DNA from: a virus
Lineage: Duplodnaviria; Heunggongvirae; Uroviricota; Caudoviricetes
IMG/VR virus record: IMGVR_UViG_3300032303_001313
Coordinates: 17,172 to 81,171 of that record
Length of the DNA: 64,000 nt
Strand: one strand, 5' to 3'
The notes beneath the pieces are model-generated. The model saw only the letters and a list, made by a program, of their open reading frames with translations. It had not been told where the DNA came from and made no database searches. Within the stretch, counting starts at the first letter, position 1. Every line of letters starts with the position of its first letter. The translations under genes and the position numbers were made by a program. Positions 1 to 9,506 of this stretch are shown here, piece after piece.

Positions 1-1446
1 GTATTTTCAGATACTTTTGAGGGTGGAGCAGTTCCTATGGATGTGCTAAATAGCCTTCCTCCAAACGTCAAACAAGCCATCATCAACAAAGAAAAGCAGA
101 TTCCACTTGACAATGAAAGATTATCTGTTTTTCATTACAAAAAAGACGATTGGCAAATATGGGCAAATCCCATGATTTATGCCATTCTAGATGATATTGT
201 CATGTTGGAAAAAATGAGACTTGCAGATATGTCTGCATTAGACGGCGCTATTTCTAATATCAGACTATGGACGCTTGGTAACTTAGAACACCAAATTCTA
301 CCAAATAGACCAGCAATCAATAAACTACGAGATATTCTTGCCAGTAATGTTGGCGGCGGCACGATGGAATTAGTTTGGGGGCCAGAACTATCCTTCACAG
401 AGTCCAGCAGCGAAGTATACAAATTCCTTGGTTCTGAAAAGTATACTTCCGTACTAAACAGTATTTATGCTGGAATGGGTGTTCCGCCAACTTTAACTGG
501 TATGGCTACTAACGGCGGTGGATTCACTAACAACTTTATATCTCTTAAGACTCTTGTAGAAAGACTGCAATACGGTCGTGATCACTTAACAAAGTTTTGG
601 GAAAAAGAAATAGAACTAGTTCGTCAGGCTATGGGTTTTAGATACAAGGCTTATGTACAGTTTGATCAAATGACTTTATCCGACGAGGCTGCTGAAAAGG
701 CTCTACTAATTCAACTAGCAGATAGAGACATTATCAGTCAAGAAACCGTTCTTGAAAGATTTAAGGAAATCCCACAAATCGAAAAGATTAGATTACAAAG
801 AGAATATAAAACTAGAGAAGATGGCGATTCTCCAGATAAGGCTAGCCCATTCCATAATGCTAATCATAAAAAAGATTTGGAAAAGATTGGTCTACAGTCT
901 GGCACACTCATACCTCAAGATGTTGGATTAGAAACTAGCGTACCAAAAAATCTACTTACAGAACAACTCAAAAAGCCAACACCAAAGAGCGGATTACCAA
1001 ACGCCAAAAAGGCGGGAAAGAAAAATGGTCGCCCCGCTAATAAGAAAGATTCTACAAAAAGAAAGACTAGAACGGAGAAGCCTAGAAGCAAACCGGCTGT
1101 TGCTGATTTTGTATACTGGGCAGAAGAAAGTTGGAAAGAAATTTCTGATGTTCTTACTAATGCTTACTTACAATCTAAATCTAAAAAGAACTTAAGACAA
1201 CTCACAAAAGCCGAAGTAAAAGAACTTGAAACACTCAAAATAGATGTAATTACTAATGCCGAGGTAATGTCTACGGTAGACGCAAATAGTATCACAGATA
1301 TTTTGTGTAAAAATAAGAAGACCCCTAAAAATTTCTCAAAAATTCTAGCACAGGAAAACATAAATCTAGAATCTATGAATATAGACAAGTATAGAATGAG
1401 AGTCTTGAGCCTGTACATTCAAAATCAATTAGAGGGTGAAGAATAA
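1..1446 (+). CDS. Portal protein (5' partial; frame is open from base 1)
   Basis: Frame is open upstream of the ATG at 37 (VFSDTFEGGAVPM). It is first in the order portal-protease-decoration-capsid, has a helical core (W..P...ILDD...LEKMRLAD), and ends in a Lys-rich low-complexity C-terminal extension. Confidence 0.75.
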   Translation, partial: VFSDTFEGGAVPMDVLNSLPPNVKQAIINKEKQIPLDNERLSVFHYKKDDWQIWANPMIYAILDDIVMLEKMRLADMSALDGAISNIRLWTLGNLEHQILPNRPAINKLRDILASNVGGGTMELVWGPELSFTESSSEVYKFLGSEKYTSVLNSIYAGMGVPPTLTGMATNGGGFTNNFISLKTLVERLQYGRDHLTKFWEKEIELVRQAMGFRYKAYVQFDQMTLSDEAAEKALLIQLADRDIISQETVLERFKEIPQIEKIRLQREYKTREDGDSPDKASPFHNANHKKDLEKIGLQSGTLIPQDVGLETSVPKNLLTEQLKKPTPKSGLPNAKKAGKKNGRPANKKDSTKRKTRTEKPRSKPAVADFVYWAEESWKEISDVLTNAYLQSKSKKNLRQLTKAEVKELETLKIDVITNAEVMSTVDANSITDILCKNKKTPKNFSKILAQENINLESMNIDKYRMRVLSLYIQNQLEGEE

Positions 1447-1841
1447 TGTGTGCAGCCGAATACAATCTCAATATTGATCAAGGTTCATCATACAATCTTA
1501 CTCTTGTGTACAAAGACAAAGACAAGAATGTAATACCAATTACTAATTGGTGTGCAAGAATGATTATTACTACTAGTGATAACCAAGTTATTACTTACAA
1601 ATCCGGCACATCTAATAGCGAATACAAAATGTATATAGAGGGGGTTAACGGTAAAATTGTACTTATGCTCCCCGCCTTAACAACAAATAATTTCACTTTC
1701 AAAAGTGCAAAATATGATCTTGAACTTGAATCTGATGATGTTTTCTATACTAGCGGTGGTCAATATGTCACTAGAATTATGTATGGAAGTATCAATATTC
1801 AGAAACGAAATAGTAAACTATCTATCAACATGGAGTGCTAA
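1446..1841 (+). CDS. Small beta-sandwich virion protein (LtfC/p132/gp6-like fibre attachment)
   Basis: YNLNIDQGSSYNLTLVYKD...AKYDLELES...RIMYGSINI pattern is typical of this phage family. It directly precedes a fibre gene and has a TAATG overlap with the portal. Confidence 0.55.
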   Translation: MCAAEYNLNIDQGSSYNLTLVYKDKDKNVIPITNWCARMIITTSDNQVITYKSGTSNSEYKMYIEGVNGKIVLMLPALTTNNFTFKSAKYDLELESDDVFYTSGGQYVTRIMYGSINIQKRNSKLSINMEC

Positions 1842-4800
1842 ATGAGCAACTATACAATAGAAGTTATTGAACAGTCTAATAGCCTAGATGTGGTAGAAGG
1901 TACTAGTGTTGCATTAGAAATTATTTCTTCTGACAATTTTATTACATTTGATACGCCTAGCGGTTATCCATTAGATGCAACTAGCGGAATTCTTCCAGTT
2001 AATAGAATGGCGTCTGGATATCCACTTTCGTATATTCCACAATCTAATACTCTGGTTTATGTTAGTGGCGATCAAATAATCAGCGGCGTTAAGTATTTTG
2101 CTGATAGTATTGTATCATCCGGTTCGTTTTCTCTAAAATCTCAACCAACTGCTTCTGGTGCAACACATTTTCCTGTTTTTATTAATGATCCATCAAGTTT
2201 ACCACGACTTGTTTACACCAGAACTGCAAACGAAATTAAGTCTGATCTTGGTATTAGTAATGTACAAAACTTAGCACTATCTGGAATTAACTTTACTGCG
2301 GGAAGTGGTATTGTTGGTGGCGGTAATTTATCTAGTCATAGAAGTTTTGATATTGGTCAAGGTGATGGAATATCCGTAGGTGCTGATAGCATTTCTGTCG
2401 ATTCAACCGTAATAAGATCAACTAACATAGATCAAATAGTAAGTGGTGTTAAAACATTCTCAACAAGCGGCGTAGTTTTAACGTCGCCAACCGGATCGTT
2501 TAAGAAAGACTTAGTACTTAGAGGCGTTGCTGGATCATCATCAAATAATAATATTGTAGTAACCCCCGTTTCTACTCTTGTTGGTAATAGAATTTATTCT
2601 CTACCAGACGTTGGTGCTGATGCCGACTTTGTTATGACTGCTGGTGGTCAAACTATAACCGGCCCCAAAGCATTTACAAACTCACTAATTTTTAATAGTG
2701 GATCATTTCAGTCTCTTAAAGTCGGAATTACTGATGTTTCAATAAGCGGACATACTCACACTTCTAGTAATATAACTAATTTTGCTTCTAGCGTAAGTGG
2801 ATTACTTCCAGTAACAAATTTACTACCTAGTGGCGGAATAGGTATAACTCAAAGCGGAACAATTTTTACAATATCAACAACTGGAACATTTGGATTAACT
2901 CAAAGTCAGGTTGATGATAGAGTAAATACAATAGTGAGTGGAGTTTACGCCCCTCTTAATAGTCCAACTTTTACTGGTACAATTAGTGGTATTAGTAAAA
3001 GCATGGTTGGTTTAAGTAATGTTGATAACACAAATGATGTTAATAAACCAGTAAGTACAGCACAAGCAACAGCAAATAGTGGAGTTCAAGCGTTCTCTAT
3101 TCAGCGAAGTAATCATACTGGTACTCAAACATCGTCTACTATTAGTGATTTCAATACTAGTGTTAGCGGCTTAGTTAATGGAATATATGCCCCTTTAAGT
3201 AGTCCTAGTTTTGCTGGAGTTCCGACGGCCCCAACAGCAAGTAGCGGTACAAATACTACTCAAATTGCTAGTACAGCATTCGTTAGAACAGAAATAAGTA
3301 ATCTAATTTCTGCTGCACCATCAGCATTGGATACTTTGAATGAATTATCGGCAGCACTAGGCAATGATCCTAATTTTGCAACTACTATTACTAACAACTT
3401 GGCAAGTAAGGCAAACTTAAGCGGGGCTACATTCACTGGAAGTGTTAGCGGCCCAAGCGGAAACTTTACTTCGTTAAAAGTTAATAACGTAGATGTTAGT
3501 TCTGTTGGTCATACCCATATATCATCAAACATAACAGATTTTAACAGCAGTGTGAGTGGATTACTTCCTGTAAGAAATGTTCTTGGTTCTGGATTTATTA
3601 GTGTTTCTGCTGTAAGTGGAAATTTTACAGTATCAACAACAGGACTTCAGCCTAGTGGAAACTATAGCGTTGTTGGTCACTCTCATACTTCTAACGACAT
3701 TACTAATTTTAACAGTAGCGTTAGTGGACTATTAACTCCCTATCAATTAGTTTTGACTAATCCAGTTACTGGCGTTGGGTCTAGTGGATACTTAAGTAGA
3801 TGGACTAGTAGTAGCAATATTAGTAGTGGAATTATTTTTGATAATGGAACTAATGTTGGTATTGGAACAACCACACCAACAGCCCAATTACAAGTTGTTG
3901 GAACAGGTTTATTTACTAATATTGATATCAATGGTTCAGTACTTGCTGGATCAGCCGCACTTACTGTAAATGGTGGAATTTTAACCCAAGGAGCATTTGT
4001 ACGTAGTTCTTCATTTACTATATATGGAGACAATACTACACAAATTTATAAACCAGATGCTTCTACTCTTGGATATGCTGTTTCTTCTACCGGATTAAAG
4101 CATTCATTTGGTTATAATAATGCTGGTACACACACTCCTTGGGCAGTTATAACATCTAGCGGAGTGGGTATCGGCACTACAACTCCAAGCGGCCAAATTC
4201 ATGTTGTTGGAACGGGAATATTTAGTAGTGGTATTTTAGCGGGTTCTGGATCACAAACTTCTCCATCTTATTCATTCTTAGGAAATACAAATACAGGATT
4301 CTATAATCCTGCAACTAATGCTCTTAGTCTAACAACTAGCGGTGTTAATAGGTTGTATATTGATCCTATTGGAAGTGTTGGTATTGGCGGTTCTCCACAA
4401 GCAGGATTTAAGTTAGATGTTATAGGAGGAGATTCAATTTTTAGGGGAGCAGTTAGTTCAAATAGTTACTTTTATGGTTATTCAATAGACTACTCGGTTG
4501 TACGATATCAGTTTAGTAATTCTCTTGCTGGTGGTGGTGCTAATCGTAGTTTTGCTTGTATTGGAGGGGGAACATTTGGTGTTGGGTTTACTGCTCCTAG
4601 CGGCAGAGTTGCTATTAGTGGTGGAGTTGCTATAGGGTCAAACTTTAATTTCACTCCCCCAACAGATGGTTTAATTGTACAGGGTAATATTGGAATAGGA
4701 ACAACAACCCCGAGCGGTCAGTTGCACGTTGTAGGTACTGGTATCTTTTCTTCTGGCCTTAGTGTTGGTTCAACTACTAATCCACGGACTGTCTATATTA

Positions 4801-5351
4801 GTGGAGCAATACCACTACAAGGTGAATTACTAAGACTTCAAAACGGTTCATCTGCAAACAATACTTACCTTGATGTAGGAGTTGGTACTGCGGGCAACTT
4901 TGATGATCACATTATTTTCTATAGGGGTACTGGAACTGGTGCAAATACAAGAATTTTTGGTATAGATAGCAGCAATAGACTTGTTGGATTCGTAAATTGG
5001 ACGATGTTTGGAAATCAAACCATTTCATCGTACAATAATGGTAATAGTCTTATTAGAATGCAAAATTTGACCACTAACGATATGGAAATTAGTGCTGTTA
5101 GTGGAATAGCATTCCAAAGTTCTCAGTCTACAAGAATGAGGATGGATCAAAGTGGTAATTTTGGATTAGGAACAACTACTCCAACATCAGCATTAGATAT
5201 AAACTCAAATTCTTTCAGAGTAAGAACAGCAAAAACTCCAGCAAGTGCAACAGATACTGGTAATGCTGGAGATATTTGTTGGGATAGTAATTATATCTAT
5301 ATTTGCGTTACTACAAATACTTGGAAAAGATCAGCAATAACAACATGGTAA
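1842..5351 (+). CDS. Long fibre protein (mosaic tail/head fibre)
   Basis: Recognisable fibre motifs: GHTH/GHSH repeats, APL.SP.F.G.PTAPTA..GTNTTQIA.TAFV, APSALDTLNELSAALGNDPNFATT, repeated (V/I)GIGTTTP, and C-terminal TPASATDTG..GDICWDSNYIYIC..TNTWKR. Confidence 0.85.
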   Translation: MSNYTIEVIEQSNSLDVVEGTSVALEIISSDNFITFDTPSGYPLDATSGILPVNRMASGYPLSYIPQSNTLVYVSGDQIISGVKYFADSIVSSGSFSLKSQPTASGATHFPVFINDPSSLPRLVYTRTANEIKSDLGISNVQNLALSGINFTAGSGIVGGGNLSSHRSFDIGQGDGISVGADSISVDSTVIRSTNIDQIVSGVKTFSTSGVVLTSPTGSFKKDLVLRGVAGSSSNNNIVVTPVSTLVGNRIYSLPDVGADADFVMTAGGQTITGPKAFTNSLIFNSGSFQSLKVGITDVSISGHTHTSSNITNFASSVSGLLPVTNLLPSGGIGITQSGTIFTISTTGTFGLTQSQVDDRVNTIVSGVYAPLNSPTFTGTISGISKSMVGLSNVDNTNDVNKPVSTAQATANSGVQAFSIQRSNHTGTQTSSTISDFNTSVSGLVNGIYAPLSSPSFAGVPTAPTASSGTNTTQIASTAFVRTEISNLISAAPSALDTLNELSAALGNDPNFATTITNNLASKANLSGATFTGSVSGPSGNFTSLKVNNVDVSSVGHTHISSNITDFNSSVSGLLPVRNVLGSGFISVSAVSGNFTVSTTGLQPSGNYSVVGHSHTSNDITNFNSSVSGLLTPYQLVLTNPVTGVGSSGYLSRWTSSSNISSGIIFDNGTNVGIGTTTPTAQLQVVGTGLFTNIDINGSVLAGSAALTVNGGILTQGAFVRSSSFTIYGDNTTQIYKPDASTLGYAVSSTGLKHSFGYNNAGTHTPWAVITSSGVGIGTTTPSGQIHVVGTGIFSSGILAGSGSQTSPSYSFLGNTNTGFYNPATNALSLTTSGVNRLYIDPIGSVGIGGSPQAGFKLDVIGGDSIFRGAVSSNSYFYGYSIDYSVVRYQFSNSLAGGGANRSFACIGGGTFGVGFTAPSGRVAISGGVAIGSNFNFTPPTDGLIVQGNIGIGTTTPSGQLHVVGTGIFSSGLSVGSTTNPRTVYISGAIPLQGELLRLQNGSSANNTYLDVGVGTAGNFDDHIIFYRGTGTGANTRIFGIDSSNRLVGFVNWTMFGNQTISSYNNGNSLIRMQNLTTNDMEISAVSGIAFQSSQSTRMRMDQSGNFGLGTTTPTSALDINSNSFRVRTAKTPASATDTGNAGDICWDSNYIYICVTTNTWKRSAITTW

Positions 5352-5364
5352 TAAGGAGAAAATT

Positions 5365-5724
5365 ATGAGTATTCTAGATAGTGATTCAGAAATCCTTATT
5401 GATAAAACAATTATAGTTGCTAGTAATATCAAAGAGGCTACTAAGCAAACTTTTCAAATCATGGTAAATGCTTTCAATACTGGATCAAAAATGTTTTGGA
5501 ATAATCCAGATGCAACCCCTTTAGAAATAGCACAAGCACTTGGATCAGATGCAAGAGAAGTATTTGAATTACATTATGCTTTAGGATTATTAGTAAACAG
5601 TATAAAACCAGAAAGAATACAAGAAGGTTGGGGAGTTATAGGCCAATTTACAATGAATGAAGATGGTACTGTTACTATTATTGAGCCTACTACAACTACC
5701 ACTACAACTCCAGAACCAACCTAA
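5365..5724 (+). CDS. Hypothetical protein with C-terminal Thr tract; possible fibre chaperone/accessory
   Basis: AGGAGA RBS upstream; lies immediately after the fibre gene; ends EPTTTTTTTPEPT. Confidence 0.55.
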   Translation: MSILDSDSEILIDKTIIVASNIKEATKQTFQIMVNAFNTGSKMFWNNPDATPLEIAQALGSDAREVFELHYALGLLVNSIKPERIQEGWGVIGQFTMNEDGTVTIIEPTTTTTTTPEPT

Positions 5725-5772
5725 CCTCCCGTTAATTTAATTATACCTTTTGTACGCAAAGAATAACATTTT

Positions 5773-5779
5773 GTGTATA
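5773..5779 (+). promoter_or_regulatory. GTGTATA motif, putative late promoter
   Basis: The same 7-mer occurs in five intergenic gaps, about 30-45 nt upstream of structural-gene starts. Confidence 0.55.
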
Positions 5780-5808
5780 TTACCTACGAGAGACACAACG
5801 AGGAATTT

Positions 5809-7209
5809 ATGAAAGTATATGCACAAGAAATAGCAGACGGTTTATCTGAACGCATTCTAAAAGATGTTTCAGTTGCTTACTGTTCGCAAGCAATACTAAG
5901 TAAAGAGACTAACACTCTCAAACAATTACTAGATAAGGTTAAGGCCGCTAGTAATCCAAATCAGATTGATTTATATTATCTTAGATCAATTCTGGTTTCT
6001 ACTGGGTGGAATAAAAACGATGACGTTTTCGATCCACAGGAAACGTGGGCGGCTCGTACCACTCCAGAAGACAAACAATTCAACTTAATGCATAATGAAA
6101 ATGACATTATAGGACATATTACTGGATGCTATGTAATCGATAAAGATGGTAATAGAATCAATGCTGGAGAAGATGACTCCGCACCATCTGATTTCGATAT
6201 AGTTACCGAGGCTGTTATTTACAACAGTTGGACAAGTCCAGAAAACAGAGAGAGGATGGATAGGATAATCGCAGAAATTGGAGAAGGCAAATGGTTTGTT
6301 TCGATGGAATGCTTATTCTCCGGTTTTGATTATTCTGTAAAAGACTCATCTGGAAAAACTAAAATAGTCGCAAGAAATGAAGAATCAGCATTTTTAACTA
6401 AGCATTTACGAGCATACGGCGGAACTGGCGAATATGAAGGTTATCAAATTGGTAGAGCATTAAGAAGTATCTCTTTTTCTGGTAAAGGTTTAGTAACTAA
6501 GCCAGCAAATCCAAAGAGTATAATTCTTGATTCTAGCAAGGCCGGTTCTACTGAAAATGAAGAAACTATTTCCAATGTCTCAGAAGGAGAAGTTAATATG
6601 ACAGATACTAACGAAGGCACTCAGTTGGACAATGCCACAGTAGCAGATACTGCTATAGTGTCAACTGACAACACAAATGTCGAAAGTAATGTTTCAGAAC
6701 TAGAAGCAGCACTTGCTGCAAAAGAAACAGAACTCCAGACATATGCTTCCAAAGTCGCTTCATTAGAGGAAACACTTGCTAATCTACAAAAAGAGTTAGC
6801 AGCCACTAATAAAGAAATGACAGATATGAAAAAGAAAGACAAAGATCGCGGCAGAAAAGAAAAATTAAGTTATGCCGGATTTGAAGGTGAAGAACTTGAA
6901 CAGGCTCTTTCACTTTACGATTCTCTAGCAGATGACGCCTTTGAGGCAGTTGTCGCAATGCTTGAAAAACAAATTGCAAAGGTAAAGCAGGCTAATCAGC
7001 CCGTCTCTGATACTAGTGCAAATGTTTCAACAGAAGAAGTTGCAAAAGAAGGGAACGCTTCGGTTTCCGAAGAATCTCAAGCACAACTTTTTACAGAAGT
7101 TAAATCAACAGAAGCCACTCTAGTAGACGCTTCTGATGAAAAAGATGAAGTAGAAGCCACCAGAGCAAGTGTGGCAGAGTGGCTAACAAAAAACGTTTTA
7201 CGCAAGTGA
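5809..7209 (+). CDS. Prohead maturation protease fused to coiled-coil scaffold
   Basis: Position between portal and capsid. N-terminal domain has NKNDDVF, FNLMH...IIGH and WFVSMEC motifs, followed by an acidic coiled coil. Start is placed at ATG 5809 (GAGG RBS) rather than 5773. Confidence 0.75.
   Translation: MKVYAQEIADGLSERILKDVSVAYCSQAILSKETNTLKQLLDKVKAASNPNQIDLYYLRSILVSTGWNKNDDVFDPQETWAARTTPEDKQFNLMHNENDIIGHITGCYVIDKDGNRINAGEDDSAPSDFDIVTEAVIYNSWTSPENRERMDRIIAEIGEGKWFVSMECLFSGFDYSVKDSSGKTKIVARNEESAFLTKHLRAYGGTGEYEGYQIGRALRSISFSGKGLVTKPANPKSIILDSSKAGSTENEETISNVSEGEVNMTDTNEGTQLDNATVADTAIVSTDNTNVESNVSELEAALAAKETELQTYASKVASLEETLANLQKELAATNKEMTDMKKKDKDRGRKEKLSYAGFEGEELEQALSLYDSLADDAFEAVVAMLEKQIAKVKQANQPVSDTSANVSTEEVAKEGNASVSEESQAQLFTEVKSTEATLVDASDEKDEVEATRASVAEWLTKNVLRK
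6598..7209 (+). CDS. Nested in-frame scaffold protein (internal start)
   Basis: AGGAGA at 6585-6590, 7-nt spacer, in-frame ATG at 6598 at the protease/coiled-coil boundary. Confidence 0.6.
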   Translation: MTDTNEGTQLDNATVADTAIVSTDNTNVESNVSELEAALAAKETELQTYASKVASLEETLANLQKELAATNKEMTDMKKKDKDRGRKEKLSYAGFEGEELEQALSLYDSLADDAFEAVVAMLEKQIAKVKQANQPVSDTSANVSTEEVAKEGNASVSEESQAQLFTEVKSTEATLVDASDEKDEVEATRASVAEWLTKNVLRK

Positions 7210-7226
7210 TATAAAGGAGAATAACT

Positions 7227-7676
7227 ATGGCCCTAAAAGCAGATAGATATGAGTTTCAGACTGATATCAGTTTCTTCTACAACGCTGGAACCGCTACTCG
7301 CGGCGGTGTTGTAGTTCATGATACTACGGCGGGTTCGGGAGCAGCAATGGATCAAGGTGTTAACCTTGTTCGATATGCTACATCGGGCGTTCCAGTTGGC
7401 GTTCTATTAAATGATGTAGTAAATAAGGATTTAACCCGTACTCACCTTAATGAATATAAGAATGAGGTTCAGAGGGGTGGCAAGGTTACAGTACTCCGCA
7501 AGGGTTATGTTGTAACTAACAACGTCACTGGAACACCTAGTGCCGGTGCAACAGCCTATCGCTGCACAGTAACTGCTGGAAATTTCAGCACAGTTGCTAG
7601 CGGTAATGTCGTTGGTGGATTCATGACCAGCAAAGACGCTGATGGTTATGCAAAAGTAGAAGTCAACCTACCCTGA
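7227..7676 (+). CDS. Head decoration / capsid cement protein
   Basis: 149-aa Gly/Val-rich beta protein directly before the major capsid gene, ending GYAKVEVNLP; strong RBS. Confidence 0.7.
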   Translation: MALKADRYEFQTDISFFYNAGTATRGGVVVHDTTAGSGAAMDQGVNLVRYATSGVPVGVLLNDVVNKDLTRTHLNEYKNEVQRGGKVTVLRKGYVVTNNVTGTPSAGATAYRCTVTAGNFSTVASGNVVGGFMTSKDADGYAKVEVNLP

Positions 7677-7706
7677 GAATAGAAAAATAAACAAGGAGAA
7701 CTAAAA

Positions 7707-8708
7707 ATGCCCACAAATGAAAGACCTAGCGATGATTTTATCGCTCTCCTACGAAAGACGGGGGATGGCGATGCTAATGTAGCCGTTGCTGCTCAGAGAG
7801 AGATGGCAAAGGCTTTAGAACTTCCTCTTCGAAAAGGTGTTCTAGTTGGAAATATTCTTGGTAATATTTTCCAATCATTTACAGTTGAAGCCGGTGCATC
7901 AACTGAATGGCCCACAGACCTTATCGCTCCCGGTCTAGAGGGCGAGCATGTGGCCTATACCAATCCCGGCCACGGTAGAATTCCAGAAAGATCAGTAGAA
8001 AGTGATTATGTGTCGATTCCGACATATGCTATCACTTCGTCTGTTGACTATCTGCTCCGATTCGCCCGTGATGCAAGATGGGACGTTGCTGCAAGAGCAA
8101 TGCAGATTTTCGATGCCGGTTTCGTAAAGAAGATGAATGACGATGGATGGCATACACTTCTTGCCGCTGGTGTTGACCGTAATATCCTCGTTTTCGACGC
8201 TGACGCTACATCAGGACTTTTCTCAAAGAGACTAGTTTCGCTTATGCAGACCGTTATGCGTAGAAACTCGGGTGGTAATTCGGCCTCAACTGGCCGTGGT
8301 CGCCTTACGGATTTATATCTATCGCCAGAAGGTTTAGAAGATATCCGTAATTGGGGATTTGATCAACTTGACGATGCTACTCGTCGTGATGTTTATAATG
8401 CCGATCCAAATAGTCCTCCATCTATTTTCGGTGTTAGATTACATGACCTAGACGAACTAGGTGAAGGTCAGCAATACCAAACATTCGTCACAAGCGATCT
8501 TGGTGGTGCAGTTCAAGCCTCAGACCTTGAACTAGTAGTTGGTCTTGATCAATCGATGAACGATAGTTTCATCATGCCTATTAAGCAACCCTTACAGGTA
8601 TTCGAAGACCCAACTCTACATCGTCAGCAAAGAGTTGGTTATTACGGTTGGGCAGAGATGGGCTTCGGCGTTCTCGACAATCGTAGAACCATTCTTGGCT
8701 CGTTCTGA
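7707..8708 (+). CDS. Major capsid protein (HK97 fold)
   Basis: 333 aa; position in the head module; strong RBS; C-terminal ...GYYGWAEMGFGVLDNRR; followed by a terminator. Confidence 0.85.
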   Translation: MPTNERPSDDFIALLRKTGDGDANVAVAAQREMAKALELPLRKGVLVGNILGNIFQSFTVEAGASTEWPTDLIAPGLEGEHVAYTNPGHGRIPERSVESDYVSIPTYAITSSVDYLLRFARDARWDVAARAMQIFDAGFVKKMNDDGWHTLLAAGVDRNILVFDADATSGLFSKRLVSLMQTVMRRNSGGNSASTGRGRLTDLYLSPEGLEDIRNWGFDQLDDATRRDVYNADPNSPPSIFGVRLHDLDELGEGQQYQTFVTSDLGGAVQASDLELVVGLDQSMNDSFIMPIKQPLQVFEDPTLHRQQRVGYYGWAEMGFGVLDNRRTILGSF

Positions 8709-8731
8709 TTTGTAATCAGGGCAACATAATT

Positions 8732-8766
8732 AAAGCCATCCTCATCGTGTATGGGGGTGGCTTTTT
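8732..8766 (+). terminator. Intrinsic terminator after the capsid gene
   Basis: aaagccatcctcat-cgtgt-atgggggtggctttt: stem with G-U pairs followed by a T run. Confidence 0.8.
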
Positions 8767-8773
8767 GTGTATA
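8767..8773 (+). promoter_or_regulatory. GTGTATA motif, putative late promoter
   Basis: Immediately after the capsid terminator and upstream of ATG 8817. Confidence 0.55.
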
Positions 8774-8816
8774 AAGTGATAGATAACGTTATTCTAGGAT
8801 GAAATAGGAGATAAAT

Positions 8817-9506
8817 ATGGCCGCACTATCGGATTACCTTGAGTCTGGTTTACTAAGTCATATCTTTAGAAACACAGCACTAACCAGACCTTCTACAATT
8901 GCTATTGCTTTAACAAGTGGTGTACCAATTGATTCTAATAATGGATCAACTATACCAGAACTACCATCGGGTGTTTTAAATGGTGGTAATTTTGTATCTA
9001 CTAACTATTCTCGTATTAATCTAGGTTCGCCAGCCTCAAGTGGTGATAATACTTGGAATTCTGTTGGCGTTGATAATACAACCGCATATAGCGTTTCTGG
9101 AACTAAGCAAAATGGATCAATGGGTTATTTTTACCCACTTTATTTGAGTGACTCAGCCGCTGCTACTGCCGGTGGAGTTGGTGCAACAACCGTAACGGTG
9201 AGTTTTAGTAAGGAATTCCCCTCAGTAAACTTCTATTCACCACAAAATCTATTCCAATCTGGAGTTAACGTAAAGTCTAACTATACAGATTATGAAGGTA
9301 ATGGATTCATCAGAAATAAGAATCAATTAGTATTCAATACCGCCCTTACTGAATGGGGTTGGGTTTCTGGCATTGCTATACTAGATAGTGCCACTATTGG
9401 ATCGGGCAATCTTCTAATGTATGCACCGCTATCAAATCCACGCTATGTTTATATCGGGGATAATATCAGATTCGATGCCAACTCATTAGAAATAAGCCTC
9501 AAATGA
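8817..9506 (+). CDS. Virion structural protein (mycobacteriophage gp80-like fibre-associated family) with internal insertion
   Basis: LSDYLE..LL.HIFR....TRP..I.IAL at the N-terminus; WG.VSGIAILD.AT.GSGNL.MYA.L...R.V..GD..RF...L.I.L at the C-terminus. Confidence 0.65.
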   Translation: MAALSDYLESGLLSHIFRNTALTRPSTIAIALTSGVPIDSNNGSTIPELPSGVLNGGNFVSTNYSRINLGSPASSGDNTWNSVGVDNTTAYSVSGTKQNGSMGYFYPLYLSDSAAATAGGVGATTVTVSFSKEFPSVNFYSPQNLFQSGVNVKSNYTDYEGNGFIRNKNQLVFNTALTEWGWVSGIAILDSATIGSGNLLMYAPLSNPRYVYIGDNIRFDANSLEISLK

